Origin: Batkoa obscura
Lineage: Eukaryota
Reading direction: 5' to 3'
Length of the DNA stretch: 64,000 nt
NCBI GenBank assembly: GCA_030770535.1
Contig: JASVEC010000021.1
Span: 186,001 to 250,000 of the forward strand
Shown: positions 13,836-27,470 of the stretch, one piece after another
Layout: each line of letters begins with the position of its first letter
Numbering within the stretch: the stretch's first letter is position 1
Translations under genes and position numbers: made by a program
Notes under the pieces: generated by a model
Database searches by the model: none
Seen by the model: only the letters and a program-made list of their open reading frames with translations
Told to the model about the DNA's origin: nothing

Positions 13836-16800
13836 ATGGTATCCAATTTCCAGCCCGTTTTATACAATGAATTGAAACTAACCCCTAATTCAACCTCTCA
13901 ATTTAATTTTAATCTTTACAAGCATCATCCTACTAATCTAAAGGTCCTATTCATTAATACACCCGGACCTACCACCTTAGCCACCATCCTAATACCTACC
14001 TTGTGTACCGACAATAAGGGCCTACCACATACTTTAGAGCATCTGATATTTTGCGGATCAAAACACTACCTTAAACGAGGGTACTTAGAAGCCTTAGCTT
14101 TAAGATCACTTTCTACCGGCACTAATGCATGGACTGCCTCAGACCATACTGCATACACTTTTAATACAGTGGGTTATGAAGGACTGCTAAAAACACTTCC
14201 TGTGTTTTTAGACCATGTAATCAACCCTAGACTGAGCTATGAAGACTTTGTAACTGAGGTGAGATTTATGTTTACTTTTTTAAGATTTTTAAACAATTTT
14301 AGGTATACCATGTAGATGGGCGTGGAAAACAAGGAGGGGTTGTATTTTCAGAAATGGTCAGTAGAGAATTTACAGAAGAGGATTTGGTAATTAGTGCTAG
14401 AATTAGATTGATTTTTTAATAATTTATCACAGCTTGATATTAATCTTCGGAGAGAGTTATATTTGGATAACAACACATACAGTTATGAATGTGGTGGATT
14501 AACACCAGATATTGCTAAAATTGATATTGAGAGTATAAAAGAGTACCATCAAGCCTATTATCATTTGCAAAATGTGACTATACTAATAGCTGGCCAAGAT
14601 CTTCCAAAAGATAAAATTTTGAATGTCTTAAATCACTCCATCACGTTAAAAGAAGAGAAGGTTATTACCCCAAACATTAAAAAGAGCTTAAAGTTTCCAT
14701 TAAATGGGAACAAAAGTAACACTAAAACTGTGCATTTTCCATCAGATGATACTTCAGTAGGTTCAATAGGCTATGGTAAATATTTTGTACTAATAGTATT
14801 TATATGATCCATTAACAAATTTAGCTTGGAGAGGCCCAGAATTCAGTGACTATCAGCAGTCTTTAACTCTAGAGATCATTTTACTTTATTTGACAGATAG
14901 TCCAGCATCCCCAATGCAACAACATTTTGTAAACTTGAACGAACCAATAGCGAATGACGTTGGATACGAATTAAGATTAACCCCAGAAACCAGTCTATGG
15001 CTAACTTTTTATGGGGTTCCAGCCAAAGGGAAGTATGTACACGCTGGAGTTTATAGAGAAAAAGTATTAAACTGTATAAAAGAAAGCATTGATAAAATGA
15101 AGTTAGAAAAGCTTCATGAAGCTATCAGAAGGTATAGAAATAATAGATTAAGAAGTTTGGAAGAGGATGCAACGGAAGATTTAGTGGATAACATTATCCC
15201 AGCTATTATCGCTGATACGTTTTATAATGCCCCATTTGAAGCATCATTAAATCAACTGTGCCATACATTTGATATCATAAATAGTTTAATTGAAAAAGAT
15301 TTATCATATTGGAAGAAGATAGGTAAACTTTGGCTATTAGATCAATCACCTAGTGAAGTAATTGCCTTACCTTCTAACATACTTGGGCAGAAAATAGAAA
15401 TGAACAGGGCCAAAAGTGAAGCAGAATTTGTAAAAAATTTAAGTAAAAAAGAATTGAATAAGATAGATGAAGATCTGAAGACTATAATTGATAGTAATAA
15501 AATCGATCTTACTGGTGAAGACTTTTCGTTTCATCCAGATATGGCTAAAGTGCCCATATCTAAGAGCACTATCCATAATATTAGCATGAACTCAGAATTA
15601 AAACTATTTAATCATGTACAGTTGATGCAATTGGATACGCAATATAATCACTTAATGATTGGCCTACCAGTAAAGAGAGTACCAGATGACTTAAAACCTT
15701 ACTTTGTTTTATTACAAGCTTTGATGTTCCAATTGGATATTATCAAAAAAGATCAAACCATCATACCATATAACGAAGTGGTTGAAAATACAAACAAAGC
15801 TACAGTAGAAAGGTATGCTACTTTAGGCTTAGGGAATAAAACATTTAGTACCTCTTGGTTAAGTGACTACTTTTTTATATTTAGTAAATGTGAGATAGGC
15901 CAATTTGATGACATGCTAAAATGGACCCTAACCAATATATTTGACTGTGTATTTACAAAATCTCGCCTGTTGTCTACTGCTAAAAATCTTTTAAGTGGAC
16001 TTGAAGAGATTCTAAGGGATGGAGATTCAATGATACATTATATTTGTTCAAGGGTTATAGCAGAAGGTAAAGAAGGAGATACCAGTTTTGATATGGCAAT
16101 TAATTTGTTTAAGCAAGAAGAATTTCTTGCTGATCTTATAACCTCTATATCGGATCCTAAGCTGGGGAAAGAGGCTACTAATGTCATCATACAGAAATTG
16201 GTCAAACTGAGGGACATAGTTCTATTGTCCTCCGTAGACGGAGGTATTGTGCAGATAGGATTTTCATCCAATGCCTTTGACAATCACTCAGTTCCTGCCC
16301 AAAAATTTAAATCCTTATTTGAGACTTATTATCACGAATTGGCTAATAAAGTTACTTCTACTTTATCAAACAGAAATGAAAATCTTAAAAAAAATGATTA
16401 TAAGCTAGATTTAGATCAATCAAATACTATAGATATAACCTATAACCCTTCCTCACTGCCAATAATTTTTAGACACCCCTACAAACACCCTAAAGATCCA
16501 CCATATCCAACGGCTGGTATCATCTATCTTGGATCCATTACTTCTTCTTATTCCATTGCTATAGTACCATGTCATCTATTCAGCATACCAGCCTCCACTC
16601 AAGAACACGAAAAATTCCATGAGATGATGAGTGTCTCTATGCTATCTGAACTATTTTCAAGAAGCAATGGCCATCTTTATGAGTTGATACGTGGTCAAGG
16701 TTTAGCATATCATATTCAGCTTAGTCTAAGACCTTGGACTGGAGGGCTTGTATTGGAGTTGAGTGACAGTATTGATCCAGAAAAGGCTTTAAATGAAATA

Positions 16801-17377
16801 TGGTCTTTTTTTGAACGCTTGTTAGACGCGAATGAGTGGGACAAGCTGATTGATCCCATGGAGTTAGAGTTGGCTAAATCGTCTGTTGTTTATAATAGCT
16901 TTTATTTACTCGATTCACCATCCGCGATCTTAGATTCTGCTCTCAGATTAGGGCTTTGTGTAAGCTGATATTTAATTATTTTTTCTAAGATTAATATCTT
17001 TTTAGGGATTTAATACAATTGAGGAATTTGTCCAGCTCACCAGAGATTGTTTAAATACAATTACATTAAATGATCTAAGGGCTGCTTATCTTAATTATTT
17101 TACACAATTTTTGGATCCAAAAAAGTAAGCTTCTTATTTGTTATAATTAAGTTTATTTATCATTTTAAGAACTCAAATCTTTGTTTTGAGCCCAGACCCA
17201 AGGCATCAGGAGGAAATGGACACGGAAACTGAAAATGAGTATGATATGGAGGATGACGCGGAAGATAGCGATGACTCTGAAAGTCAGGCTTCTTCTATCA
17301 ATTCAGTTGCCGTTATAGATCTTAGTGATAACAAATGTGGATTTCGATTTACTGAGATTGGATTAAATAAATTTTGA
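13836..17377 (+). CDS. M16 (insulinase/pitrilysin-family) zinc metallopeptidase, Sdd3/YOL098C-like, multi-exon
   Basis: HxxEH inverted zincin motif GLPHTLEHLIFCGS, TNAWTASDHTAYT, GVVFSEM; short GT-AG introns link the ORF fragments. Confidence 0.85.
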
Positions 17378-17696
17378 TTTTTAATTTATTGTAACTCAAT
17401 AAGTTTAACCTTTATTTAATGAAGTTTATATTTATATTTAATACATAGCCATGTCTTTTAAAAAAATTATCTAGTTTCTTGATTTTAAATTAAAAAGTGA
17501 ATAAAACACTGAAAGAAAAAAGTCAATTCAATATATCTTTTTGATTTAAATAACATGGAATAAAACTCTAAGTTGTAATCAAATAATTCAATTTATTAAC
17601 TGTTTTCAATTTAAATTTATACTAAGATCTAAGCATTTCAATAATTTAATAGTATTATGTTACTATATAAGATTAAATAATATTTAAAACTACACT

Positions 17697-20305
17697 TCAA
17701 TCCTCGGCTGGTTCACCCCCTTCTCTTTTTTTGTCTTTAAGATGCAACATGGTTTTTATCATTTGTTGTGCTAAATCTTTGTTATCCCAATAACTAAAAT
17801 GTGCTCCGAGCCCAACAAAGTATTCCATGCTCAGGTTACTAATTGCCTTGGTTTGGATACAGTAATCATACCTTTTAAGATTTTCTACCTTATCTACTCC
17901 GTTACAACAAACTGGTGGAAACTGTGCATCACTATTTATCCGATCAAGTGCTTTTTTTTCTTGTATAAGGACATCTCTGGCTTCCGTATTCCCCGGATGC
18001 CTTTCTAAATCCACTGTTGTGCTATGACAGTTCTCATCTGGTAAATTGATCTTTGTATTACTTATCAAATCATTGTTCTCTTGGGAAAGGTTATTTACAT
18101 CATCAAAGTAACTATTGATACTAGTTTCAGATTTTACGCTTCTATTCCACCTTGGTGTAAGGTTTCTAATTAACCTGGGTTGTGATAAATCTTTTTTGGC
18201 ATCTCCACAACTATCATCCATAGTTACTTTTTTCTTGGGTTTTTTTGTGTTAGATAAGCTTTCTAAATTATTTCCTTTATTATCGTTTTCTTCTTCTTCA
18301 TTTTTTGCCTTGAAACTGTTCAAATCTATTGCTGAAGTTTGAGCTTTTTCATTCAATTTATTCTGTTGTATATTAAATGCCATAGAACCCCATAGCCACA
18401 TGATTTCTTCCTCATTGCAGCCATCTTTCAGCCTATCTAAATGATTCCATGTCTTACTACGAGAAAGTTGAATATGTCTATCATTTTCCGCTTTTATACT
18501 ATTGGAGTGCTGATGAGTTTCTAAATATTTGGAAGTTCCAACATCTTCATAAGACGATGATATTTCACTTTCTTTTATATCTACGCTAAAAGGATATTTT
18601 AGACTCAACAAATGTGAGCTAGATTCAGAATTATTGTCTCTGAATACAATGTCTTTAGAATTCACATTTCTATTGAAAGGTTTAGGAGAAATTTGCTTAT
18701 GAGCAATTGAGTGGCGAGAGTAGTATTTTCCTATCTTAGGGCGCCTAGGCGGTGTTTTTGGTTTAGGACTAGGTTTGGGTAATGAATTGAACTTAGGATA
18801 TGAAAACAATGAATCAATTGCACCTTGATAGAATGAGGAAGGGCGTGAATTTACTGCAGAATTCGATTCAGAGGGCAAAGGTGATGATCTGTTATACTTT
18901 ATTTCATGTAATCTTTCAATTACTGACCCCCTTTTATAACCAGATATTCCAACAGCTGATACGGAAAACCCGCTTAAACTACGTGTACTTATATCATCTT
19001 CGGATTTTAAAACTGTTATGGATTCATTGCTTAGCTCTAGAGAGTCAACGCTACCTTCATCACTACTCTCATAACCTCCTAATGAGTCTTCATCGTCCTC
19101 ATCCTCTAATTGTCTATTGAAATTTGGGAGCAAATTTTTTGCTGACTTTATAAAAGATGGCGCTTCTGGTAAAAGGGCGGATATTCTTGGGAAATAGTAG
19201 GACTGTTCATTAGTTTCATAAGTATCAATAGATTTAGCTTCGAGTCCTTCATAGTCTTGCGAAATTAAAGGTTCTAGTCTATATGCTAATGGATCATACG
19301 GATTATAAATATTCATAAACTCTATATCTTCAGATAAACGAAAATCTTCATATTTAAGCCCTCTTAAAACCATAACTGCCCCAATTGGCGACCCCAAAGT
19401 AAAGAGAAATTTCGGCTCAAAATCAAGCTTAGGATAATTGGTACGCGGAAAAGCTACAGAGTAGATCTGGTCGTTTGAGCCCACCTCTTGATTTTTAATT
19501 GAAAGTAAGTCATAGCTTATTACACCACCAAGCGAATGAGAAATAATCCCAACAGGTCCACAAAAATCAGGATATACCTCTTTGAACTCTTTAAATATCC
19601 TATTCATCTTCATGCAAATGATATCTAACAAGTGTTGACGGTGATAATCTGTGAAATAGTATAACACATCCGAAAGGCAATCTAATTGATTATAAGCATA
19701 TATATTAATTTATTAACTATAATACCATTTGTTATAACTCTCATTGCTGGCACTGTTGGAAGCGTAATTTTATTCATGCGCCTATTTTGTTTAGATTTAT
19801 GATAAATGAAAAAGAATATGATTACCCATCAACTGTGGTGAGTGCATGGAATTCCTCCGCCCACTCTAAAAGAGTGATTAGTTTTTACTTAGATAACCAC
19901 TATGTACTTACCAATAGGTGCATAAAAAAGCTTCATTTCTTTGTCGGTATATTTCTGCTCCAAAACTGTTTTTGCGGTTTCACTAAGTGTATTAACTTGA
20001 TTTGTTTTATTGTTGAATAATATTATATTTTAAAAAGGCTTACTATTTTCATTAAACTTGCTTTTATCAAACATCTTATATCCGATTCCTTTATATAAAT
20101 TTTAACAAGTTGACATTTGTTCAATAAAATTGAATTACCATGAATAATAAATATCAAATGAGTTGGAGGAATCTTCGAAGGCTCAAAACCTAAAGCTTTA
20201 TTAGATTTAAAGAAAAAAAGAGTAACAATAAATACCTTCAGAATATATATCCAACAAACTGGGCTTTTCCTTTTCTTTAGTTTCGCTGCTAGCTTCTATC
20301 GTCAT
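17697..20305 (-). CDS. DDHD-domain phospholipase A1 (PA-PLA1 family), multi-exon
   Basis: Lipase motif SHSLGG, FTLGSPIG, NIYNPYDPLAYRLEPL, C-terminal RYDY..AHFSYW; upstream micro-exons contain LIFIIHG and PIEW. Confidence 0.88.
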
Positions 20306-21146
20306 AATTTTAAAAGTTTAAAATGTCAAAACTTCATTGAGGTCATTCTTTATTTTTATAAAGCTCCTCTTTAAAGTGATGTCAGAATTATAGAAAATCT
20401 CAATTTTCTAAATATGTGTTTGTGACCAACTATAATTTTCCATTGATAAAGGTTCTTATTGTTTATTGGCTTAATTAGGTTTGCTACTAAATTGCACATG
20501 CTTATGTAATTTTACTATCATTGCTACCCTTACACCATATTTAATTTGAACATTTTAATTTATTTTAGTTCTAAACAGGGATGATTATACTATATTAAAT
20601 ACAATGATCATTGTTGTTTCGTGTATAAATAATTAAAAAATTAAATTAATTAATCCATACGATGTTATTTTTTTCAATGTTTCATTAGTAATTAACAATT
20701 CTACTTTCTTCAGTGTAAAAATACTGAAAAAATATTTTTTAGCTCAAAAATTTGAGCAAGATCAAATTAAGCAAAATAAATTCGGAGACTTACCAAAATT
20801 ACAGTTGTCACTAAATTCATTATAAAAATTCAATAGGCTAATTAAATAGCTGTATTTGATCATTCAGTTTACAGCTATCAAAATTAAAATGAACATTTAA
20901 AATTGTCTTAGAAAAATTAAATTAATATTTACAAAAAATTTATAATTCATCAAATTTTATTAGACCCACATTAAACTCTATGAACAGAAAGCATTTCTAA
21001 TTGTTTCATAAATTTTAGCAAGAAATTAACTTAAATAAGTTTGAATGCGTAAGTTTTTATTAAAATAAATACAACCTTAAACTAATAATAAGAGAAGCTT
21101 TAAGTTTCTACAATTTATGAAAGTATATTAATATCATAGTACATAG

Positions 21147-21203
21147 TATTAAAAATATTAAAAATATTAAAAATATTAAAAATATTAAAAATATTAAAAA
21201 TAT
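21147..21203. repeat. 9-bp tandem repeat (TATTAAAAA)x6
   Basis: Directly visible perfect tandem array. Confidence 0.85.
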
Positions 21204-21829
21204 ACAATGTAAAAATAATATAAAAATCTTTTATTTAAGATAGGGAAGATATTTGATATAAATTATTAAAGTAGTTTGATATGTACCTTTTTTTACATAT
21301 CAAAGAGATAAAATCTGATATCTATAGTTCTAGTTTATTATTAGGGGAAAATTAATCAATTAGGACTTTTGTAATATATTTAGGACAAAAAGTTTTGTAC
21401 AAATAGATTTTACAAACTAGCCTTTATTTAAGATCCATTATTTGAGAATTTTTCAAATATCAGCTCAGTACAAAATTTTCGCTGACTAGTGTTATCAAAT
21501 TTTGGTACTTATAATTCAACGATCAAACCCACCCCTATTTGGTTGACTAGATTGAATTTTGTAGTGAATTTAGTAAATTTCTAAATTTATTAAGTTTGAA
21601 TATTATTAATCTGTATTAAACAAGTATGTTGTTTTAAAACATATTTTAAGTCAATGCTCTCAAAATGGTTATTTTAAATTTATCTAATAAAACCTGTAAA
21701 TCAATTTGAATTTTAATAATCATGATTTATAAAAACACCATGGTTAAGATGAAGATATTAACATTTTATTGTAAAACATAATAAAGAATCCAACAATGAA
21801 AAAGTGCTAAAACAAAAAATAGATCGTAT

Positions 21830-22503
21830 CTATTTACCCCATAACCAAGAGGTACGCTTATTGACTGATCCAGAGCGTTCTAATAAAAAAGTATAGTTTT
21901 AGAACCAGTAAATAAATAAATAATAATTAAATAAACAAAAATTAAAAAAGGCTTAAAGGAAAGCGAACCGAAGCCGGGACCTTAGGGACGCTCATGTTCA
22001 TAAAAGATAATATTGACTTTCACTCTCATCTTTGGGCAGATCATGGAGGCCTTAATATTATAAATAGAACCTTGTTAAGAGATGATGAACACATAATTGA
22101 AATCAACCAGGTAAAAGCTTGATCAAAGAAAAGAGTGAAATGGATTTGGATTTCCATTGGCGAACATGAGGCCCCCAAGATCTGACCAGACTAGGTATCG
22201 CTTGGTTACTTAACAACCTCATAATCCCAAAACATAGGATTACATCCAAGATCATCCTTAAGCGCATTATGTAAAAGTTAGCTTGCTTACCATGTTTACT
22301 CCCTCCAATGCTGTTGATAAAGTTTTCGAAATCACTAATTATAATTAATTAATCATGTTATTTTAAAAAATTAATAGCTACCTTTTGAGCTCTTGTTCTT
22401 CTGTAACAGGTGCTGTTCCGCGTAAAGGTTTGGCAATCCTTCCAAAGCTAAAGGGAGTCGAATTATTTACTTGTTGTTTTGATGCTAAATAAAGTTATTA
22501 GTA

Positions 22504-22534
<31 letters not shown>

Positions 22535-25500
22535 TACCCATGACAGCTTCTAATCTTTCTTTTAAGCTATTAAGTTGTTTCTCGAATCTAATAATAAAAT
22601 AAATTAATATATAATGATAATGCCAACAATAATAGCTTACTTTTGAGACTGAAGATTCAATTTTTCTTGGTTTTCTTTGAGTAGAGCTTCCATATTTGAA
22701 ATCCTTTCATTACGAGATGCTAATTTTCTTTCAGCTAAAGTCACTTCTTTCTTAAGATTGGTGTTTTGTTCAACCAACTATAAAAAACATTATTAAATAA
22801 TTTTTTAGAATAAACATATAGTTACTTGTTTTTGAACAGTAGTAAGCTGTTCTAGATTACGTTCTAAGAACATCATTTTCTGTTGTTGGTTTTTGGTATT
22901 ATTGGATTTCAAAGAAGCACCTAGTTGATCTCTAGTGGACTCTAATGTAATTTCTAGTTCAATAACTTTCTCACATTTATTTTGGAGATCTCTCATTAAT
23001 GATTTTTTCATAACATCAAAATCACTAAGTTGCTTTGCCTAAGAAATATTCATATAATAATTACAAACTAACTATATTGATTTACCATTGTTTTACGAAT
23101 GGCTTCAATATCCTTTTCTTTATCAGCTCCAACAACTCTAGGCTTATTTGACTCAGCTTTAGCTACAGCTAACTTGAGTTCTTCATTGACTTGCTTTAAT
23201 TCAACGATATTACTATAAAAGTTAATCTGCACTAAAAAATATTAATATAAATACCTATTCATATCTTGAATTTCTTTGTTTTTGCGCTCTACGACTTCCT
23301 TAAGCTCTTTGATCTCTTGGAGATGTTTCTCTTTTTTCTGATTATATTGGGATTCAATTTTTTCCTAGATTCGGGTAAGTATAAGAGAGTAATTGAAATT
23401 AAGCTGCTTACTTTAAGATCTGCAACTTCCGCCTCACTCATACCATGGTTATCTTCCTCGGCAAGAGTAATTTCTATAAAATAAATATTAACGAGCAATT
23501 ATAATAATGAAAATTTACCTAAAACTTCAGCATATTCAAGCTCAACAGCTGAAAGCCTCTCATCTAAATCATGACATTTACGAAGAAGGACATCATTTTC
23601 ATATTCTAAATCACCAATAATTTGAGCATAATTCTCAATCTCTGCCCTTGAACGAACAACTTCAGCACGTAATGCTTCAGCTTCTTCTGAAGATACAATA
23701 TCTTTCCCTTCGATGGAATCTAAGCTTGCCATAGCTGATCTCAACTCTTTTTCTTTAGCATTCCAATTTTCTAAATTAAGGCTTGGTTCAATCTTGTTCA
23801 TCATTTCAATTGTTTTGATAAGTTTAGCTTTCTCTTCTGCTTCAATTGCTTTTTCTTTAGTTAAGGTAGTCAAGGCTTCCTAAACTGATGTTGGTAAATG
23901 ATTTATTAAAGGATAATAAACCTACCTTAACTTCTTGAAGTTGGGAAGTCATTTCTGCATTTGACTCAGTTATGCTATCAAGTTGGATTTGAGTTTCATT
24001 TTTTTCAAAAATGATTTTCTCAAGCTCAGCTTTCAAAACATCTAATTGGGATGACATTTGTTTATTTTCTTGTGAAGCTTGTGTCAATTCCTCTTTAACT
24101 TCATTGAGCTCTTTTTTGTACTCTGTTGCCATTTTAGTTTGATTATTGAGATCATTTTCCTAATTAGAATATTAGATAAGATAGAAAATAATGATATAAA
24201 TACTTTTTCTGCTAAAGCGGAAGATAATGAATTTTCACGTTTGATGAATTCTTCTCTTTCATCTTCAACAAGTGTTCCAGGAGTAGAAGGTCTTGACAAA
24301 TCAGCTAAATGCTCTGGTATTGGTTTAGGTGGTAACGTCGAAACGGATGACGTTGGTGAGAGTGGAACTTGGGATAAAGTAGGAGAAAGAGGAGTTTGCT
24401 GTTGTGTGGGTGTTGTAGGTCCTGAATCATTTATTGATGTAGAATTAGCACGTACGGGACCTTTTTGAATAACAGCATAATTCTCTGGAGGCACAAAACC
24501 GCCTAAATATGGAGTGAATCACTATATTTGAATAAATACATAAATAAATTACCAGAACGCCATATTTTTGTTTCTCCTTCCAATGAGTTAATATACTGTT
24601 GAAATGTAAGGATTTGAGTCTTTGCCTTTTTGAGCATGGCTTTAAGCTCTGCTGGACTGAGTTCAGCATTAACTTTGGCCTTGTTTTTGATGGATTTGGC
24701 TCTAAAAACAATAAGATTATCTTTATAGGCTTCTAATAAACTTACCGTATACCAAATCGAAGAGTACTGACTGTTTCCGCATCATTGTATGATGAAGGTG
24801 AACAATTAATAACTAAAGTTGTCCTAGAGTTACCACCAAGAGATTCTTGTAAAATACGAGTAAGTTTAGAATCACGATAAGGAATATGTTTTGACTAAAA
24901 ATAATATTCAATGATCCAAATTTGTTATTAAATCTGTATATTACCTTTCCATCAGTAAGAGAGTTAATCACCATACCAAGTGCAGAAAGTGATTTATTAA
25001 TCTTCTTTGCTTCTTCTAAAGTTTGGCCTGAAGCGCCAGTTTTTCCTACCTGAAAATGTTAAAAATAATATTTGAATAGATTATTTTTACCTTCTCTGAG
25101 CCAGCTAAATCTACTAAAAACATTCTACCACGTTTTTGACTTCCATCTGAAAGATTTTTTTGTTCGACATTTATCACAAAGAGTGAATGAGAACGAGAAG
25201 ATTCAGCATTCATTTCTATTAAATATTAAACAATTATTTAATATGCTAATAATAATATTTTACTTGTGAATGCCACAACTCTGTTTGCTCCACCTCTATT
25301 TAAAACTTCATATACTTCTTCTACTGAGCTTACATAAAGCTCAGTCATACCCTTAACATAAATCCCATTTACTTTATCTTCATGGATCGGCAGATTGTCA
25401 TTTACAGCTAAAATTTGGTAAATTTAAAATACAAACTTAATGTGAAATTTTTACGGTTTAAAAGATCTTTAATTTTTTCCATGTAAATTTCCATATATGA

Positions 25501-26051
25501 AACTTTAACCAAATACTCAATGTTTGAAGTAGAAGCATAAATGCTTTCAAAAATAGTTTCAATGATACGCGGAGTAATACCCTTTAATTCTACATTATCT
25601 AACCCTCCTGCTCCCTATAAGCTTTTTTTAGTTTGTTCCTTTTTACTATAATTCTTTTTACCATCATCGTAAATGTTTTACCAGCACCTGTTTGCCCATA
25701 GGCAAAAACTGTTCCATTGTACCCTTTGATTACATCTAAAAAAAATATTAATACTGGCTTTAAGTGATAATTAACAATTCAACCATCTACAGTTGCTTTC
25801 ACTGAAGACTCAAAAAAGTCTTTTTGGGATGTTGTATGATCGTAAATGGCATCAAAGGTAAAATCCCCTGGATACTCTTTACTCTAAATATAACATTAGT
25901 ATGAATGAATAAACAATTGTTAAATTTTTACATCAACTTGAACGGTGGTCATATCCTCACTAAATTTGATGCAAGGTTGACCTCCGGCCTCAATTTCCCT
26001 TTTATTTTGAGGACGGAACCTACATAACACTCGAATATTATTTCCAGCCAT
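21830..26051 (-). CDS. Kinesin-1 heavy chain (conventional fungal kinesin), many short introns
   Basis: [51 protein letters not shown], coiled coil, autoinhibitory IAKPLRG, and terminal KRTSWLWGK* in last exon 21830-21879. Confidence 0.95.
21951..22263 (-). ncRNA. Unassigned structured RNA element within the last kinesin-1 intron (intron 21880-22290)
   Basis: GC-enriched island in a 411-nt intron; several long helices whose non-Watson-Crick pairs are mostly G-U when read on the minus (sense) strand; closed by a terminal stem and followed by a U-rich tract. Confidence 0.6.
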
Positions 26052-27210
26052 ACTAAACTGGGCTCTTTAAAGCCAAAAAAAGTAACTATTGATCGAAGCT
26101 AAATTGAAAAGATTATAAAAATGCTCGCAATTTAAAACTTGGCTAGTTCGTTTTAATTTAATTTAAGGAACACTAGAAAAGTGGTTAATTGTGGCTTCAA
26201 TACTGTTTAAAAGTCACTCTCCCAATTCATTTCTACACTCCATTAGGAAAAATTATTTTAGCCAATCATTTTAGACCCTTTTGTTGGCTCATCCAGTTAA
26301 CTTTAAGCCTATCATACATCGGGAATTAAATTAGAATTCATTTATTATGGCTATAATAGTACTTGCTATACCACATAATACATGTTAAAAATCAATACAA
26401 TAGTTCCCGTTAAAGTTTTATAAAGTATGAAATATAACAATTTTTGTTTAATTTAGTTATAAGTAGTTATAAGTAGTTCTATTTTAATTTATAGATTATA
26501 AAGATAAACATTTTAAATCAAATAGCTTATGTTGTTAAATTTGTTACAATAAATATCAAGCCTAATTTCTATAAGTAATAAACATTTATACTCATGTGAA
26601 TAATTTTATAATATTCTAATAAACTGCTTTGAACTAAGTTACTTAGCATATAATGATCAAAGAAACAAGCAAGTAAAATAATTATAAAACAGTTAAGTGA
26701 TGCGATAAGTTTTAACAATGGGAGATATTTGAAGTAAAAATATAAGTGATACTACTGGTTTGAATCTTTAGTATAATTTCTTTAATTAATATTCGTAGGG
26801 AAAAAACAGTTATGATAAGTCAATCGATTAATTGGCGCTAAATTAAATTCAGAATTTTAAAAATGTAACATGTTTAAGTTTAGATAGCGGAAATTCTGAT
26901 TGAAAAAGCTACTTACTACTGGCACTCATATTGAATATCAATTAAATTTATACCCACTCTATTTAAAGAACTATACATAGATTGAATTTGCAATAGACCA
27001 TCTTAAATAATAAAATCATCTTATAGCTTCTGATCCTTTCATTCTGCTAAAAAGCTAATTCAAAAATATCAAATTTAGCTCATCGTTAAATTGTTAAATA
27101 ATTGATCGTCTGATAATTAAAGTTTGATTAAATTTTAATTACAAATAACTCAATAAAAATTAATTTATTTTAAAATAAATTTACTCCATCAACAAACTTT
27201 ATTGGAAACT

Positions 27211-27470
27211 TTATTCCTCAGTGTATTTATGTTCAATATCTTTCCATTGTTTCTAAAAAAATAATTAAAAAAAATAATTAAAAAACCAAAAATACTTACA
27301 CCACGATTAAGGCTATCCCAAACTTTATCAGTAGCACGGTCAAATACAACTTCAAAAGCGAAAGCGGAAGCAAATACACCTATTAAGAAGACGGAATTAC
27401 GTTTGAAAAGGGTGTTATAAATTGGTTTGGAAAGTTTGTTGAATGAGCTATTGTTTTGATAACTTGGCAT
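27211..27470 (-). CDS. QCR9: Cytochrome bc1 complex subunit 9 (2 exons: 27470-27300, 27252-27211)
   Basis: IYNTLFKRNSVFLIGVFASAFAFEVVFD..TDKVWDSLNRG|KQWKDIEHKY. Confidence 0.93.

Noticed and set aside
22082..22185. Plus-strand box C (ATGATGA) and box D (CTGA) suggesting a C/D snoRNA
   Set aside because: Antisense to the host intron, no good terminal stem, and the G-U pattern supports the minus strand.
21951..22263. Intronic RNA as SRP (7SL) RNA: ~300 nt, long rod, and UGUAAUCCUA..UUUGGGA..GAGG resembling an Alu-domain hairpin
   Set aside because: No helix-8 SRP54-binding motif (CAGG...GNRA...AGCA) and no helix-6 GNRA loop visible; not called without a covariance-model hit.
21951..22263. RNase P/MRP, U3, spliceosomal snRNA, TPP riboswitch, or group I/II intron identity
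   Set aside because: Their conserved boxes or catalytic motifs were not found in the right order.
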